A DNA stretch of 64,000 bases from an uncultured Acidobacteriota bacterium (GCA_963741955.1 CAVUKB010000005.1:832001-896000), one strand, 5' to 3'; shown: positions 17,594 through 26,854, numbered from the stretch's first letter. The notes: generated from the letters alone by a model not told the origin. Made by a program: numbers and translations.

Positions 17594-18055
17594 ATGCTGA
17601 TGTTGATGAGAGTGGGTGATGTGATTGCAGTTCCTGCAGGCGATGCCGAGCGGGAGTGCCAGGTGCTGTACGTTTCTACATACTTTCGAGACGTTGTGCT
17701 TCTGGGAGTACTCCCGGCCGTGCAGGGCGAGCGTTATGAATTGCTGATCTACACAGCCGCGCTCGCGTCCGTGCGAGCGGGCGACTGGAAAATCGTTGGT
17801 ACGAAAGAACCGTTTGAGCCGGAACTCCTTTCGACGCGAATTGTGGCAACAGACGTCTGGAGAGGCGATGAGAAGCTGCGGCCGGCGAACAGTTCGGATC
17901 GTACATTGCTGCCGACGATGAGAGTGGCGGGACAGGGAGCTGTCGAAAAGATGCTTCAATCTCTGACGGCGAACGACCAGTCAAAGATGCTGATGCTCGC
18001 GCTCGGGGAAACTGCTCGGCTATTGGAAGGCGTTGAGCGAGGGGCGGTCGCTTAG
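17594..18055 (+). CDS. Cassette ORF in inverted orientation; Imm26-like immunity protein
   Basis: The plus-strand ORF spans the cassette exactly; 'MRVGDVIAVP...CQVLYVS.YF..VVLLGV' resembles the Imm26 N-terminus. Confidence 0.65.
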   Translation: MLMLMRVGDVIAVPAGDAERECQVLYVSTYFRDVVLLGVLPAVQGERYELLIYTAALASVRAGDWKIVGTKEPFEPELLSTRIVATDVWRGDEKLRPANSSDRTLLPTMRVAGQGAVEKMLQSLTANDQSKMLMLALGETARLLEGVERGAVA

Positions 18056-18057
18056 GC

Positions 18058-18155
18058 AGCTAACGATTTGCTGCTCAGCGGCTGCCGCCGATCGCTGAAC
18101 AAAAGTGTAACGCAAAAGGACCGAGGCGGCAGTCCGCTGTAGCCGCGGGTTAGGC
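18058..18155 (-). other. attC site
   Basis: agctaac...gttaggc. Confidence 0.9.
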
Positions 18156-18503
18156 GGCGGGCTCTCGAAGCTTCAAAACGCCACGGTCGACCATCGTGCT
18201 CCAGAATGCCGGATCCTGCAGCGCGTATTCGAGAACGAAGCTGGCCGCACTTGTCCGCGTCGCCGGCATGATGACAAAGCCGGCGATCACTGCTGCGACG
18301 CACCAATACCAAGGCAGCCAAATGAAAGAAAGCAGACCGGCGATCGGCATGAGGCACCCAAGATTCTTCCAGAACAGGTGTGCGGCACGGACATTCGTTG
18401 GTAGTGCGCCCTTCTGATCGCAAACGTGCATTGCTGCCGAGCGGTCGACCGCGACCTCGATCTTTCCCTGTTTATAGGCACTGATGAACTCATCGTGCGT
18501 CAT
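18150..18503 (-). CDS. Cassette: small 2-TM membrane protein
   Basis: 117 aa; AAGGTGG RBS; stop inside the attC box. Confidence 0.78.
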   Translation of the reverse strand: MTHDEFISAYKQGKIEVAVDRSAAMHVCDQKGALPTNVRAAHLFWKNLGCLMPIAGLLSFIWLPWYWCVAAVIAGFVIMPATRTSAASFVLEYALQDPAFWSTMVDRGVLKLREPAA

Positions 18504-18592
18504 TGAGCCACCTTGAAAGCAGAGATTGGCCGCGCAGCCTGAGCTTGGGGCCTGACGCGATCCGGTTCATGTCCATTCGGTGGGCGCCACGA

Positions 18593-18904
18593 TTACCGCA
18601 TCCGTGAGTAGTGGTGCGCCGATATTCGACGGGCGGTCTCCTCGAGCGCTGAGGTGTGTTTGTGATTCGGCAAATGACGACGTGCGTCTTCAGCGATTCG
18701 ACCCAGCGACTCCGCGTGCGCTCCTTTCAAAGTCTTCCCACCGTTGAGAAGGACTCGCAGGTGCTGAACCATGTCTTCGTCACGATCGTATGAAACTGGC
18801 ATTGCACGACGAACCTGTTCCGCTTTCTCAAGGAACTCGCGACGTTCTAAATCCTTCGTCTTGATGCGTCTCTCGCAGAGCTCTTCGAATGAAAGGCGCG
18901 GCAT
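18593..18904 (-). CDS. Cassette: small helical hypothetical protein
   Basis: 103 aa; strong RBS GAGGAGG; first ORF of a two-gene cassette. Confidence 0.7.
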   Translation of the reverse strand: MPRLSFEELCERRIKTKDLERREFLEKAEQVRRAMPVSYDRDEDMVQHLRVLLNGGKTLKGAHAESLGRIAEDARRHLPNHKHTSALEETARRISAHHYSRMR

Positions 18905-18940
18905 GTACTACCTCCTCGCGAAACAAGGGCGGCCCTCGCC

Positions 18941-19042
18941 GCCTAACGCCCGTGGCTGAGCCGCCAGCGCACGGCTCGGAAATGTTGCAAGATCGAGTAG
19001 TGGCTGAACGTGCGCTGGTCGGCTCGAGCCACTTTGTTAGGT
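18941..19042 (-). other. attC site (first in the array)
   Basis: gcctaac...gtggctgagccgccagcgcacg...cgtgcgctggtcggctcgagccac...gttaggt. Confidence 0.9.
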
Positions 19043-19068
19043 GGGGCGCGGCATGCTGAGGCCGACGA

Positions 19069-19521
19069 TTAATTATTCTCGCAGGTGGCAACGAAGCTCA
19101 TCGCGTTCTGTTTACCGAAGTCGACATTTGTGAAGGTTTTATTATAGAGAACCGTCCCGTATCTGTAGTTGAGAACCACGGTGATCAGATTCTGTTCGTC
19201 GAGGTAGACGGCGAATGTCTCGTTCTCGTTGCTGCGCACGATCCTGTATGGCTGGTTGTCAACCATGAGCACATCGTCTCGTTCGAGAAGATGAATACGC
19301 AGAGGGCTTGAGTTCTTCTCCTTGAGGATCTCGACCACATGCTGCCCACTTTCGCCACGAGTCATGCCTGCCCACACATAATCGGCTCCTGAGCAAACAA
19401 TAGGAAACCCTTTCGCAACAGGCGAATTCGCACGTGTCGCCCTAAAATCGGCCGCGGTCGCTGGCGAGAAAGACAACAGGGCGAGCAAGAGCGTGCACGC
19501 GATGACAAAATTGATTCTCAT
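19069..19521 (-). CDS. Cassette 1: secreted hypothetical protein
   Basis: Signal peptide; GGAGG RBS; two further Cys in the mature part. Confidence 0.8.
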   Translation of the reverse strand: MRINFVIACTLLLALLSFSPATAADFRATRANSPVAKGFPIVCSGADYVWAGMTRGESGQHVVEILKEKNSSPLRIHLLERDDVLMVDNQPYRIVRSNENETFAVYLDEQNLITVVLNYRYGTVLYNKTFTNVDFGKQNAMSFVATCENN

Positions 19522-19545
19522 CGATCCTCCGCTGGAAGGTACCGG

Positions 19546-19758
19546 CTACTCCTTCCCCTGTTCTAAGTCGCTCAGGGTCTCACCGACTACCCGATGATCG
19601 GCCAACTGGTGGCGACAGGCACAGGACTCGTTCTCCGCTCCGTTCTCAAACCCATAGCCGCCTCCCTCGAGAAGAACCGCCGAAACCGAGCGAGAACATT
19701 CACAACGATCATGATCGCAGACGATGTCCACGGTCACTCGGAGAGATTCCCGAATCAT
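19546..19758 (-). CDS. Cassette 1: small Cys-rich protein
   Basis: ATG overlaps the upstream stop (TAATG); CDHDRCEC...CACRH. Confidence 0.5.
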   Translation of the reverse strand: MIRESLRVTVDIVCDHDRCECSRSVSAVLLEGGGYGFENGAENESCACRHQLADHRVVGETLSDLEQGKE

Positions 19759-20138
19759 TACATGCCTTTCCACGCCCATCTGTAGAGTGTGCCCTTACTG
19801 TTCGCCCAGAACATCCTGTACGCCGTGTACCCATTAACGGCAGCCGGCGTATAGGTCGTTGTGCTGGTAGCCCACCCCGTATTGCCGGAAACGGTTGCCG
19901 TCGTGTTCGTGGTGGCTCGTCCGGGAGTTGTCCAAGTGCGGTCTGCAGCCCAGACTAGGACTTTGCCTCCCGAACCGTCGTCGAACACCTGTTGAGGGGG
20001 GCCCCAGCTCGCGATGAGGTCGTTAACATTCGCTCCCATCCAGGACTCCATCACCTTGTTTACGCTGCTGGCACACGATGTCGTGAATGGCAGAAGAGCG
20101 AGTAGCGGGAGAACCAACCATGCTTTGCGTTGCCGCAT
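19758..20138 (-). CDS. Cassette 1: putative lipoprotein
   Basis: ATG 20138 with AGGAGG RBS; hydrophobic stretch then FTTSC; 'SWMG..VNDLIASWGPP'. Confidence 0.78.
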   Translation of the reverse strand: MRQRKAWLVLPLLALLPFTTSCASSVNKVMESWMGANVNDLIASWGPPQQVFDDGSGGKVLVWAADRTWTTPGRATTNTTATVSGNTGWATSTTTYTPAAVNGYTAYRMFWANSKGTLYRWAWKGM

Positions 20139-20193
20139 ATGCGCCTCCTGGACAGCTAGACGAAACAGCATATACCACGGATGACCCAGAAGC

Positions 20194-20212
20194 CCCTAAC
20201 TAGTGATTAAGC
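20194..20212 (-). other. Candidate attI site
   Basis: Minus strand reads GCTTAAT-CACTA-GTTAGGG (L box, 5-bp spacer, R box). There is no attC-type palindrome; the R box nearly complements the R'' of the first attC. Confidence 0.75.
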
Positions 20213-20213
20213 G

Positions 20214-20242
20214 ATTGTAGTAGACCTATCGAAAATTGAGAA
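20214..20242 (-). promoter_or_regulatory. Candidate cassette promoter Pc
   Basis: TTCTCA-N17-TACAAT on the minus strand, spanning the intI stop codon and pointing into attI. Confidence 0.45.
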
Positions 20243-21398
20243 ACCGGACGAGTTTTGACCAATAAAACCCGAACGAGGACATCGGAGATGACGACGTAAC
20301 TCCTTCATCATTCAAGGAGTTCTCCGCTTCGGTCGTTTCCGTGGCCGGTTGTTTCCGGACATTTCGTGACGCTTCATCCGCAATTTCGCCCGCGACGGAC
20401 CGGGCGGGTTCCTCGGCCAGAACCAGCCCGTCCGCGGGACTCCGCACCCCCTTCGTCCCGGGGCGGTTCAGTACGTGCGTGTAGATCATCGTCGTCGTCA
20501 CGTCGGCGTGTCCGAGCAGCTCCTGCACTGTTCGAATGTCGTAACCGTCCTCGAGGAGATGCGTCGCGAACGAGTGCCGGAAGCTGTGGCAGGTGACTTT
20601 CTTCGAGATCCCCGCTCGCGCCGTCGCCTCCTTCACCGCCCGCTGGAGGTGCTTCTCCATGACATGGTGGCGGCGCCGGATGCCGCTCCGAGGATCGGTC
20701 GACACGTGTCGTGACGGAAATACCCACTGCCACGGCCACTCCCGCCCCGCGTTCGGATACTTCCGCTCCAGGGCATCCGGAAGCCACACCCCCGCAAGCC
20801 CCTCCTCACGGTCCGACTTCCACAACCCTTCGAGCCGGGCGAGGTGCGCACGCAGCGGCGCGACGAGCGTTTCCGGCAGCGTGGTCACCCGATCCTTTCT
20901 CCCCTTCCCGTCCCGGACGGTCACCTCCAGCCGCTCGAGCTCGAGATCCTTGATGCGCAGGCGCAGGCACTCGATCTGCCGCAATCCTCCCCCATAGAGC
21001 AGACCCGCCATCAGCCGCGGCGTCCCACTCATCTGCCCAATCAGCTTCGCCACCTCGATCCTGGTGAGCACCACCGGGAGCCGCTTCGGCTTCTTCGCAC
21101 GAATCACCTCCAACGGCTGAAGCTCTTCCTTCAACACCTCGCGATACAGGAACAGGATCGCCGACAACGCCTGGTTCTGGGTCGAAGAGGAGACGTGCCC
21201 GTCGACCGCGAGATGCGTGAGATAGCGGTTGATCTCCTCCGATCCCATCGAGGAGGGATGGCGTTTGTTGTGGAAGAGGATGAACCGCCGGATCCATTGA
21301 AGGTAGGTTTCTTCGGTGCGGGAGCTGTAATGCTTCGCCCGGATCGTGTCGCGTACCTGATCAAGAAGCTTCGGAGGCTTCGGTGCGGCGTCGTACAT
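20226..21398 (-). CDS. intI: Integron integrase (tyrosine recombinase) with about 65-aa C-terminal extension
   Basis: [39 protein letters not shown]; IntI-specific insertion '[26 protein letters not shown]'. Confidence 0.97.
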   Translation of the reverse strand: MYDAAPKPPKLLDQVRDTIRAKHYSSRTEETYLQWIRRFILFHNKRHPSSMGSEEINRYLTHLAVDGHVSSSTQNQALSAILFLYREVLKEELQPLEVIRAKKPKRLPVVLTRIEVAKLIGQMSGTPRLMAGLLYGGGLRQIECLRLRIKDLELERLEVTVRDGKGRKDRVTTLPETLVAPLRAHLARLEGLWKSDREEGLAGVWLPDALERKYPNAGREWPWQWVFPSRHVSTDPRSGIRRRHHVMEKHLQRAVKEATARAGISKKVTCHSFRHSFATHLLEDGYDIRTVQELLGHADVTTTMIYTHVLNRPGTKGVRSPADGLVLAEEPARSVAGEIADEASRNVRKQPATETTEAENSLNDEGVTSSSPMSSFGFYWSKLVRFLNFR

Positions 21399-21884
21399 CG
21401 GGACCGAGGTTCCCTCGGTCGGGACGGAGAGTCAAGGGCATCCTGTTTTCACGCGCCATCTCGCGCCACCGGCGCCGGACGGACTCCGTCCCCTTCGGTG
21501 TACATGGGCGCCGACGAGAGAGAGCATTTGTGGTCATTGTACCTCGGCGGCCGTGTCGGGGGAGTGTGCCCGTCGCGGTTCGTCCTGGCCTGACGAGGAG
21601 CGGCGTTTACGGCCCGCGGTTCTCGCGCACGATTTGCGCGACAACGGACGGACTCCAACCCACGTCGGTGCACGATGGACCATTCCCCGTCCGTCGACGC
21701 CATCGCTCCGGAGGCGCGACCCGGTTTGCGTGGCGTCTCAGGCGGTGCCGCACCGGGTCTGCAGGAGCTTGCCCATTCGCCGATGCCAGCGCGACCGGCA
21801 GAAGCACCACACCAGCGAGATCACGATCGGGACGATCGAGAAGACGAGGAGGCGCCGGCGTCGTTCGCCTCAGCTCCGCACCCC

Positions 21885-22763
21885 TCACTCCCCCGGCACG
21901 TCTCCCTCTCCCGCGATCAACTCCCGTCCCCTCTTCGCTCCCGACTCGTACGCCGGTCGCAGCATCTCCACGATCGGCTCCTCTCCCCTCCAGAACGGCA
22001 CCCCGCCCAGTCGTTGAAGGAGCGCGGCAGGTCGGGCCTCCGCCCCCGGCTCGACCGCGAACGACACGTCCGGCCGCCGACCTTCCCAGAAAGTCCCGGG
22101 CGGCGGTGACCCTCGCTGCAGGATCTCGCTCACGCCGTCGCCGGCATCCTCCTCGATCTCCATCTCCATCGCGCCCGCGCTCCCGACCAGCTCTGCCGGA
22201 TCGATTCCCCGCATGCGGAAGATCAGAAACGGATCGCGATCGAACTCCTCGCCGAGGAGGTAGTAGACCGCCGCGATGTGCTTGCACGGGTTCGACCAGT
22301 CGGGGCACGAGCAATCCGTTCGCAGCTCGCTGGCGCGCGAAGGGAAGAGCGACACGTTCGCGGTCCGGAAAACCTCTTCGATCTCCTCCGGCATCTTTCC
22401 CGCGAGCAGCGTTGCCGGGATGTACGGCTGCCCGGCGACTGCACGCTGCAACCTGCCGATCTCCTTCGTCTCCGCGACCGGAACGTGGATCGAGACCAGA
22501 TACGGCCGCGGTCTCGATCCTTGCACCGATGCGCGAACGTTTCCGGGCTCGATCTCGATCGACAAGACCTGACCCTTCCGCGCGTACGACCGCCCGCGCT
22601 GGAGTCGTCCTCCCAGGTTCAACGATTCGAGCACCTCGATCCATCGGCGCGCCCACCACTGCGTGGCGAACGCTCCCCGTTTCGATCGCGATTTGATTCC
22701 ACCCTTCGCCGCGATCGGCGTCGACTTCGGGTAGAAATTCCGCCACCAGCCGTCTCGACTCAT
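21885..22763 (-). CDS. SWIM zinc-finger protein
   Basis: CSCPDWSNPCKH; 'RLQRGRSYARKGQV'; overlaps the SNF2 stop by 4 nt. Confidence 0.92.
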   Translation of the reverse strand: MSRDGWWRNFYPKSTPIAAKGGIKSRSKRGAFATQWWARRWIEVLESLNLGGRLQRGRSYARKGQVLSIEIEPGNVRASVQGSRPRPYLVSIHVPVAETKEIGRLQRAVAGQPYIPATLLAGKMPEEIEEVFRTANVSLFPSRASELRTDCSCPDWSNPCKHIAAVYYLLGEEFDRDPFLIFRMRGIDPAELVGSAGAMEMEIEEDAGDGVSEILQRGSPPPGTFWEGRRPDVSFAVEPGAEARPAALLQRLGGVPFWRGEEPIVEMLRPAYESGAKRGRELIAGEGDVPGE

Positions 22764-25700
22764 TCGCCCACCGCCTCCGCGCGAAGCGTGAAGACGTCGC
22801 GCAGTTCCCGGTTCGACAGCTTCGTCAGCCAGCTCTCACCCGTCCCGACCACGTTCGTCGCCAATTCCAGCTTCCCTTCGATCATCGCGTCGATCCGCTC
22901 TTCGAACGTGCCGCCGCAGACGTACTTGTGCACCTGCACGTTGCGTTTCTGACCGATACGGAACGCCCGATCCGTCGCCTGATTCTCCACTGCCGGATTC
23001 CACCAGCGGTCGAAATGGAAGACGTGATTCGCGCGGGTCAGATTCAATCCGGTTCCGCCGGCCTTCAGTGAGAGGACGAACACCGGACACTCGCCGTCCT
23101 CGTTCTGAAAACGTCGCACCATTTCGTCGCGCTTCTTCCGCGGTGTTCCGCCATGGAGGAACAGAACCTCACGCCCGAACTCCTCCTGCAGGTGGAGACT
23201 CAGGATCTCTCCCATCTGCGAGAACTGGGTGAAGACGAGCGCCTTGTCCCCCCCCTCGATCAACTCGCCCATCATCTCGGTCAGGCGCGCGAGCTTCCCC
23301 GATCGCCCCTCGATCCTGGAGTTGTCGCCGAGAAACTGCCGGGGGTGATTGCATACCTGCTTGAGGCGCGTGAGCATCGCGAGGATCAGACCGCTCCTCG
23401 CGATCCCTTCCGCCGGCTCGAGCTGCTCCTGCACGTCGTCCAGCACCGCCTGATACAGCGACGCCTGCTCCGCGGTCAGCGTGCAATACACCTTCATCTC
23501 GTTTTTCTCCGGCAGATCACTGATGATCGATCGGTCCGTCTTGAGCCGCCGGAGGATGAAGGGCGAGGTCAGCTTTTTGAGCAGCCCGATCGCTTCCGGG
23601 TTCCTCCCGCTCTGGATCGGAAGGAAGAACCGCTCCCGGAACGATGACGCGCTCCCCAGCAGTCCCGGATTCAGAAAGTCCATGATCGACCAGAGATCGC
23701 CCACGTTGTTCTCCACCGGGGTGCCGGTCAGCGCGATCCGAAAATCTCCTTCCATCGAGCGCGCGGCTCTCGCCTGGCGCGTCTCCGAGTTCTTGATGTT
23801 CTGCGCTTCGTCGAGGATGACCCCGTTCCACTTCACCCCCCGAAGCTGCTCCTGGTCCCTCGTGAGCAGCGCGTAGCTCGACACGACGATGGCGCTCTTC
23901 ATCGCCTTCTTTGCAAAGCCGGCTCCTCGGGTTCGGTCGCTCCCGTGATGCAGCAGCACCGGCAACGACGGCGTGAACCGCGCCGCTTCGTGAACCCAGT
24001 TCGTGGTGACCGAGGTCGGACAGATCAACAGCACTGGGCCCTTCTTCCTCGCCCACTCCTTCTGGATCAACGCCAGCGTCTGCACCGTCTTCCCGAGCCC
24101 CATATCGTCCGCGAGACACGCCCCGAACGACACTTCGCGAAGAAAGTCGAGCCACGAGAAGCCACGCGCCTGATACGGCCGGAGCTCGCCACGGAATCCG
24201 ACCGGCGCGGGAAGCTCGTTCCACTCCCGCTTCCCTTCCAGCCGTTCCAGCAGTTCGCGTGCGGCCCCTTCGGCCGTCACGTCCGCGACGTCGAGCTGCG
24301 TCGCATCCGCCGCGGAACCGGTCAGGCTCATGCGCACCAGTTCCTGCACGCTCATCGCGGTCTTCTTCTTCTGCAGGAATCGGATCGCCTCTGCGATCTC
24401 CTCTCCGGCCAGCTGCACCCACTCGCCGCGCACCTGCACCAGCCCCGACTTCATCTTCGCCAGTGCGCGAAGCTCGGTCAGCGACAGTTTCTCGTCGCCG
24501 AGCGCGACGCCCCACTGGACCTCGACGAGGTCTCCGAAGCCAAGCCCCGACGCGCTGGTGAACTTCGGTGGCCGCGCCTTCGCGGAGAGCGCGAGCCGCC
24601 GCTTCGTTCCGCGCGGAGACCACCACGACGGGAGAAACACCGCGAACCCCGCCTGCTCGAGCGATCCCGCGTCCCGCGTGAGAAACTCCAGAGCGCCGTT
24701 CGAGTCCGTCGTGAACTGCGACGGCTCGGGACGCCTCAAAGTCTCCCCGATTTTCCCACTGATCGACCCCGCCTCGGCGAGCGACCGAAGGAGAAACTGC
24801 ATTCCATCCACGCCGCTCCCGCCCGCGCTCAACAGCTTCGCGACTGCCGCGCTCTTCGTTCCTCGCTTCTTCTTCGGCGGACTCCAGACCTCCTCCATCG
24901 CGACGATCAGACTCGGATCATCGCTCCCTTGAAGGAGAAAGCGCACCCGCCAGTCGTTCTCCTGCCCGGAAGGTTCCTCCAGGCGAAACCCGACCCGGAA
25001 TGCCGCCTCGGCCTGTTCGGCCACGGGTCGCGCCCAACGCCGCACCACCCTCCGCAGTTCCGCCGCTTCGTTTGGTTTCGCGTCGAGAGTGCCGTCGGGC
25101 GAGCAGAGAGCGTCGATCCAGCGGTCGTGCAGCGACGTGGCTGCGATCGCCGGCCGCGGAGCGCTCGATCGGTAGATCGCATCCCCGATCGTCGCGACGA
25201 AGCCCGCGATGGTCCTGCGCCGGTCGACCAGCGGCGGATCGTCGCTCTTCCGCCCCAACGCGAAGACCGCCTCCGGCGCCGAGCCGGCGAGCGACGCGAG
25301 CTCGCTCCTTTCGGTTCCCATCGGTGCGAGCATCCAGCGCGCGCGCCACCCCTCGAGTGACTCCTCGAGCGACGGGAGAAGGTGCCCTCGCGCGCCGAGC
25401 GCGGCGGCGAAGCGCATCGCGGTCGCGAGGTACGCGAGGTCCGCGCCGACCATCAGGCCCGGCGCGAGCATCCGCTTCCCTACCGCGTGCGCGAGAACCT
25501 CGGGCACCACGCGAGGTTCGAGGAAAATCGCCTCGATCGTCCACGGGTGAATGGTCGTTCTCGCGAGCGGCAGCGCTTCCCCGAGAAGTGGAGTGGAAGG
25601 GAGAGGCTTCGCGTCCGCCGTCGGGAGCCACGCGATCACATCGAGCGCCTCGCCTTCGATGCCGACGCCCAGCTCATCGAGCCGCTGCCGCACTTCGCCC

Positions 25701-25843
25701 GCCGGCATCCCCGTCCGCGGCGGTGGCGGCAGCTCGCTCTTCCGCATCCGTCCGCGCCGCCGCGGCGACGGCTGCTCCACGTGCGCAATCTCCCCCCACA
25801 ACACCACGGCGCCATCGACGAGAGATCCGTGCAGGACGAGCAT
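22760..25843 (-). CDS. SNF2-family DEAQ-box helicase/ATPase
   Basis: LADDMGLGKT, DEAQ, LTGTPVEN, QATDRAFRIGQ. Confidence 0.96.
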   Translation of the reverse strand: MLVLHGSLVDGAVVLWGEIAHVEQPSPRRRGRMRKSELPPPPRTGMPAGEVRQRLDELGVGIEGEALDVIAWLPTADAKPLPSTPLLGEALPLARTTIHPWTIEAIFLEPRVVPEVLAHAVGKRMLAPGLMVGADLAYLATAMRFAAALGARGHLLPSLEESLEGWRARWMLAPMGTERSELASLAGSAPEAVFALGRKSDDPPLVDRRRTIAGFVATIGDAIYRSSAPRPAIAATSLHDRWIDALCSPDGTLDAKPNEAAELRRVVRRWARPVAEQAEAAFRVGFRLEEPSGQENDWRVRFLLQGSDDPSLIVAMEEVWSPPKKKRGTKSAAVAKLLSAGGSGVDGMQFLLRSLAEAGSISGKIGETLRRPEPSQFTTDSNGALEFLTRDAGSLEQAGFAVFLPSWWSPRGTKRRLALSAKARPPKFTSASGLGFGDLVEVQWGVALGDEKLSLTELRALAKMKSGLVQVRGEWVQLAGEEIAEAIRFLQKKKTAMSVQELVRMSLTGSAADATQLDVADVTAEGAARELLERLEGKREWNELPAPVGFRGELRPYQARGFSWLDFLREVSFGACLADDMGLGKTVQTLALIQKEWARKKGPVLLICPTSVTTNWVHEAARFTPSLPVLLHHGSDRTRGAGFAKKAMKSAIVVSSYALLTRDQEQLRGVKWNGVILDEAQNIKNSETRQARAARSMEGDFRIALTGTPVENNVGDLWSIMDFLNPGLLGSASSFRERFFLPIQSGRNPEAIGLLKKLTSPFILRRLKTDRSIISDLPEKNEMKVYCTLTAEQASLYQAVLDDVQEQLEPAEGIARSGLILAMLTRLKQVCNHPRQFLGDNSRIEGRSGKLARLTEMMGELIEGGDKALVFTQFSQMGEILSLHLQEEFGREVLFLHGGTPRKKRDEMVRRFQNEDGECPVFVLSLKAGGTGLNLTRANHVFHFDRWWNPAVENQATDRAFRIGQKRNVQVHKYVCGGTFEERIDAMIEGKLELATNVVGTGESWLTKLSNRELRDVFTLRAEAVGE

Positions 25844-26132
25844 CGCCGCGCATTATACCGGCGCCCGGGAGCATGGGCTCATGGCCTGCGCTTCGTAACC
25901 CACTCCCGCTCCCACACGCAGCAGATTCATCGTGCCTGCGGCACTCCGCGAGCAGCGCGAGGAAGATGAGGCGTCCCGCATCGGAGCAGAGGATCTTCTG
26001 CCGTTCCTTCCCGCTGCTCCACTTCTCCTGCGGACCACGTGACGTACCGCCCGGAGAAGCGAAGCTCCAATACGTCGTGTTCAAGGCATGCCGCGTGCAG
26101 CTTTCCCGACTGGAGCAGAAGGAGGAGCGGAA

Positions 26133-26648
26133 ATGAATCGAATCGACGAGATGGCTTCGAATGCCATGGGTAAGGCGAAGGAAATGAAAGACGCCGCGAC
26201 CGGACTCAAAGGCGTGTTCCGGACTCTGGCGGAGCAGCATGGGGAAGTGAGTGCTCTGCTCAAGCGGGCCAGGAGCACCGATGATGCGGAAAAGCGCGCC
26301 GAGCTTTGGCGGAAGATCCGCGTGGAGTTGCTCTCACACGAGCGCGGCGAGATGCGCGAGGTCTATCCCGTGCTGCGAGAGCACGCGGAAACGAGATCGC
26401 TCGCCGACCACCACGATCGCGAAGCGAAAGAGCTCGAATCGATGATCTCGCGGCTCGATGCGATGTCCACCGGTTCGGATGAGTGGGAAGACCTCTTCTC
26501 GGAGATCGCGGATACAGTGCAGCACCACGCCAGAGAAGAGGAGAACGAATTCTTTCCGAAGGCGCAGGAGACCATCGGAAAGGCGGAAGCGGAACGGCTC
26601 GAAGCGCGCTTCATGCAGACGAAGAAGCGGATCGTGAGCCAGCTCTGA
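26133..26648 (+). CDS. Hemerythrin (HHE) domain protein
   Basis: H...HERGE...YP...H...HHAREEE; GGAGG RBS. Confidence 0.85.
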   Translation: MNRIDEMASNAMGKAKEMKDAATGLKGVFRTLAEQHGEVSALLKRARSTDDAEKRAELWRKIRVELLSHERGEMREVYPVLREHAETRSLADHHDREAKELESMISRLDAMSTGSDEWEDLFSEIADTVQHHAREEENEFFPKAQETIGKAEAERLEARFMQTKKRIVSQL

Positions 26649-26676
26649 CGCGGGTCGGAGCATGAAGTGAGCACCT

Positions 26677-26700
26677 CGAAGCCGGCGCCCGCCGGCTTCG
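26677..26700 (+). terminator. Hairpin after the hemerythrin gene (possible terminator)
   Basis: CGAAGCCGGC-GCCC-GCCGGCTTCG; no clear U tract. Confidence 0.45.
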
Positions 26701-26854
26701 CACTTCAAACCTCACGTCCGGCGGACCCTGCCGGCTCCGGACGTCTCACTCCGGGGCCAGCATGAGAGTTGAGGAGCGAATTCGCCGTCTGACGCCGCAG
26801 ACGGGCCCGACTGGCGCTCCGCAGCAGAAGTCCCGTGAATAATCCGGGCTCAAT

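Larger units (their letters stand above)
1..21398 (-). mobile_element. Integron (intI + attI + 24 attC-delimited cassettes; array continues past the left edge)
   Basis: IntI-type integrase; 24 imperfect palindromes bounded by RYYYAAC...GTTRRRY, each directly downstream of minus-strand ORF(s); the two ends of most cassettes are complementary over 7-12 bp. Confidence 0.96.

Noticed and set aside
193-19042. Regularly recurring palindromes as a CRISPR array or terminators
   Set aside because: They are 60-130 bp, divergent, separated by whole genes, and have attC box structure next to an intI.
21383-26240. Long Arg/Pro/Ala-rich alternative ORFs (e.g. 21383-22696 +, 21607-22746 -, 23945-25360 +, 25000-26136 +)
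   Set aside because: Shadow ORFs of high-GC genes (SWIM, SNF2); no motifs.
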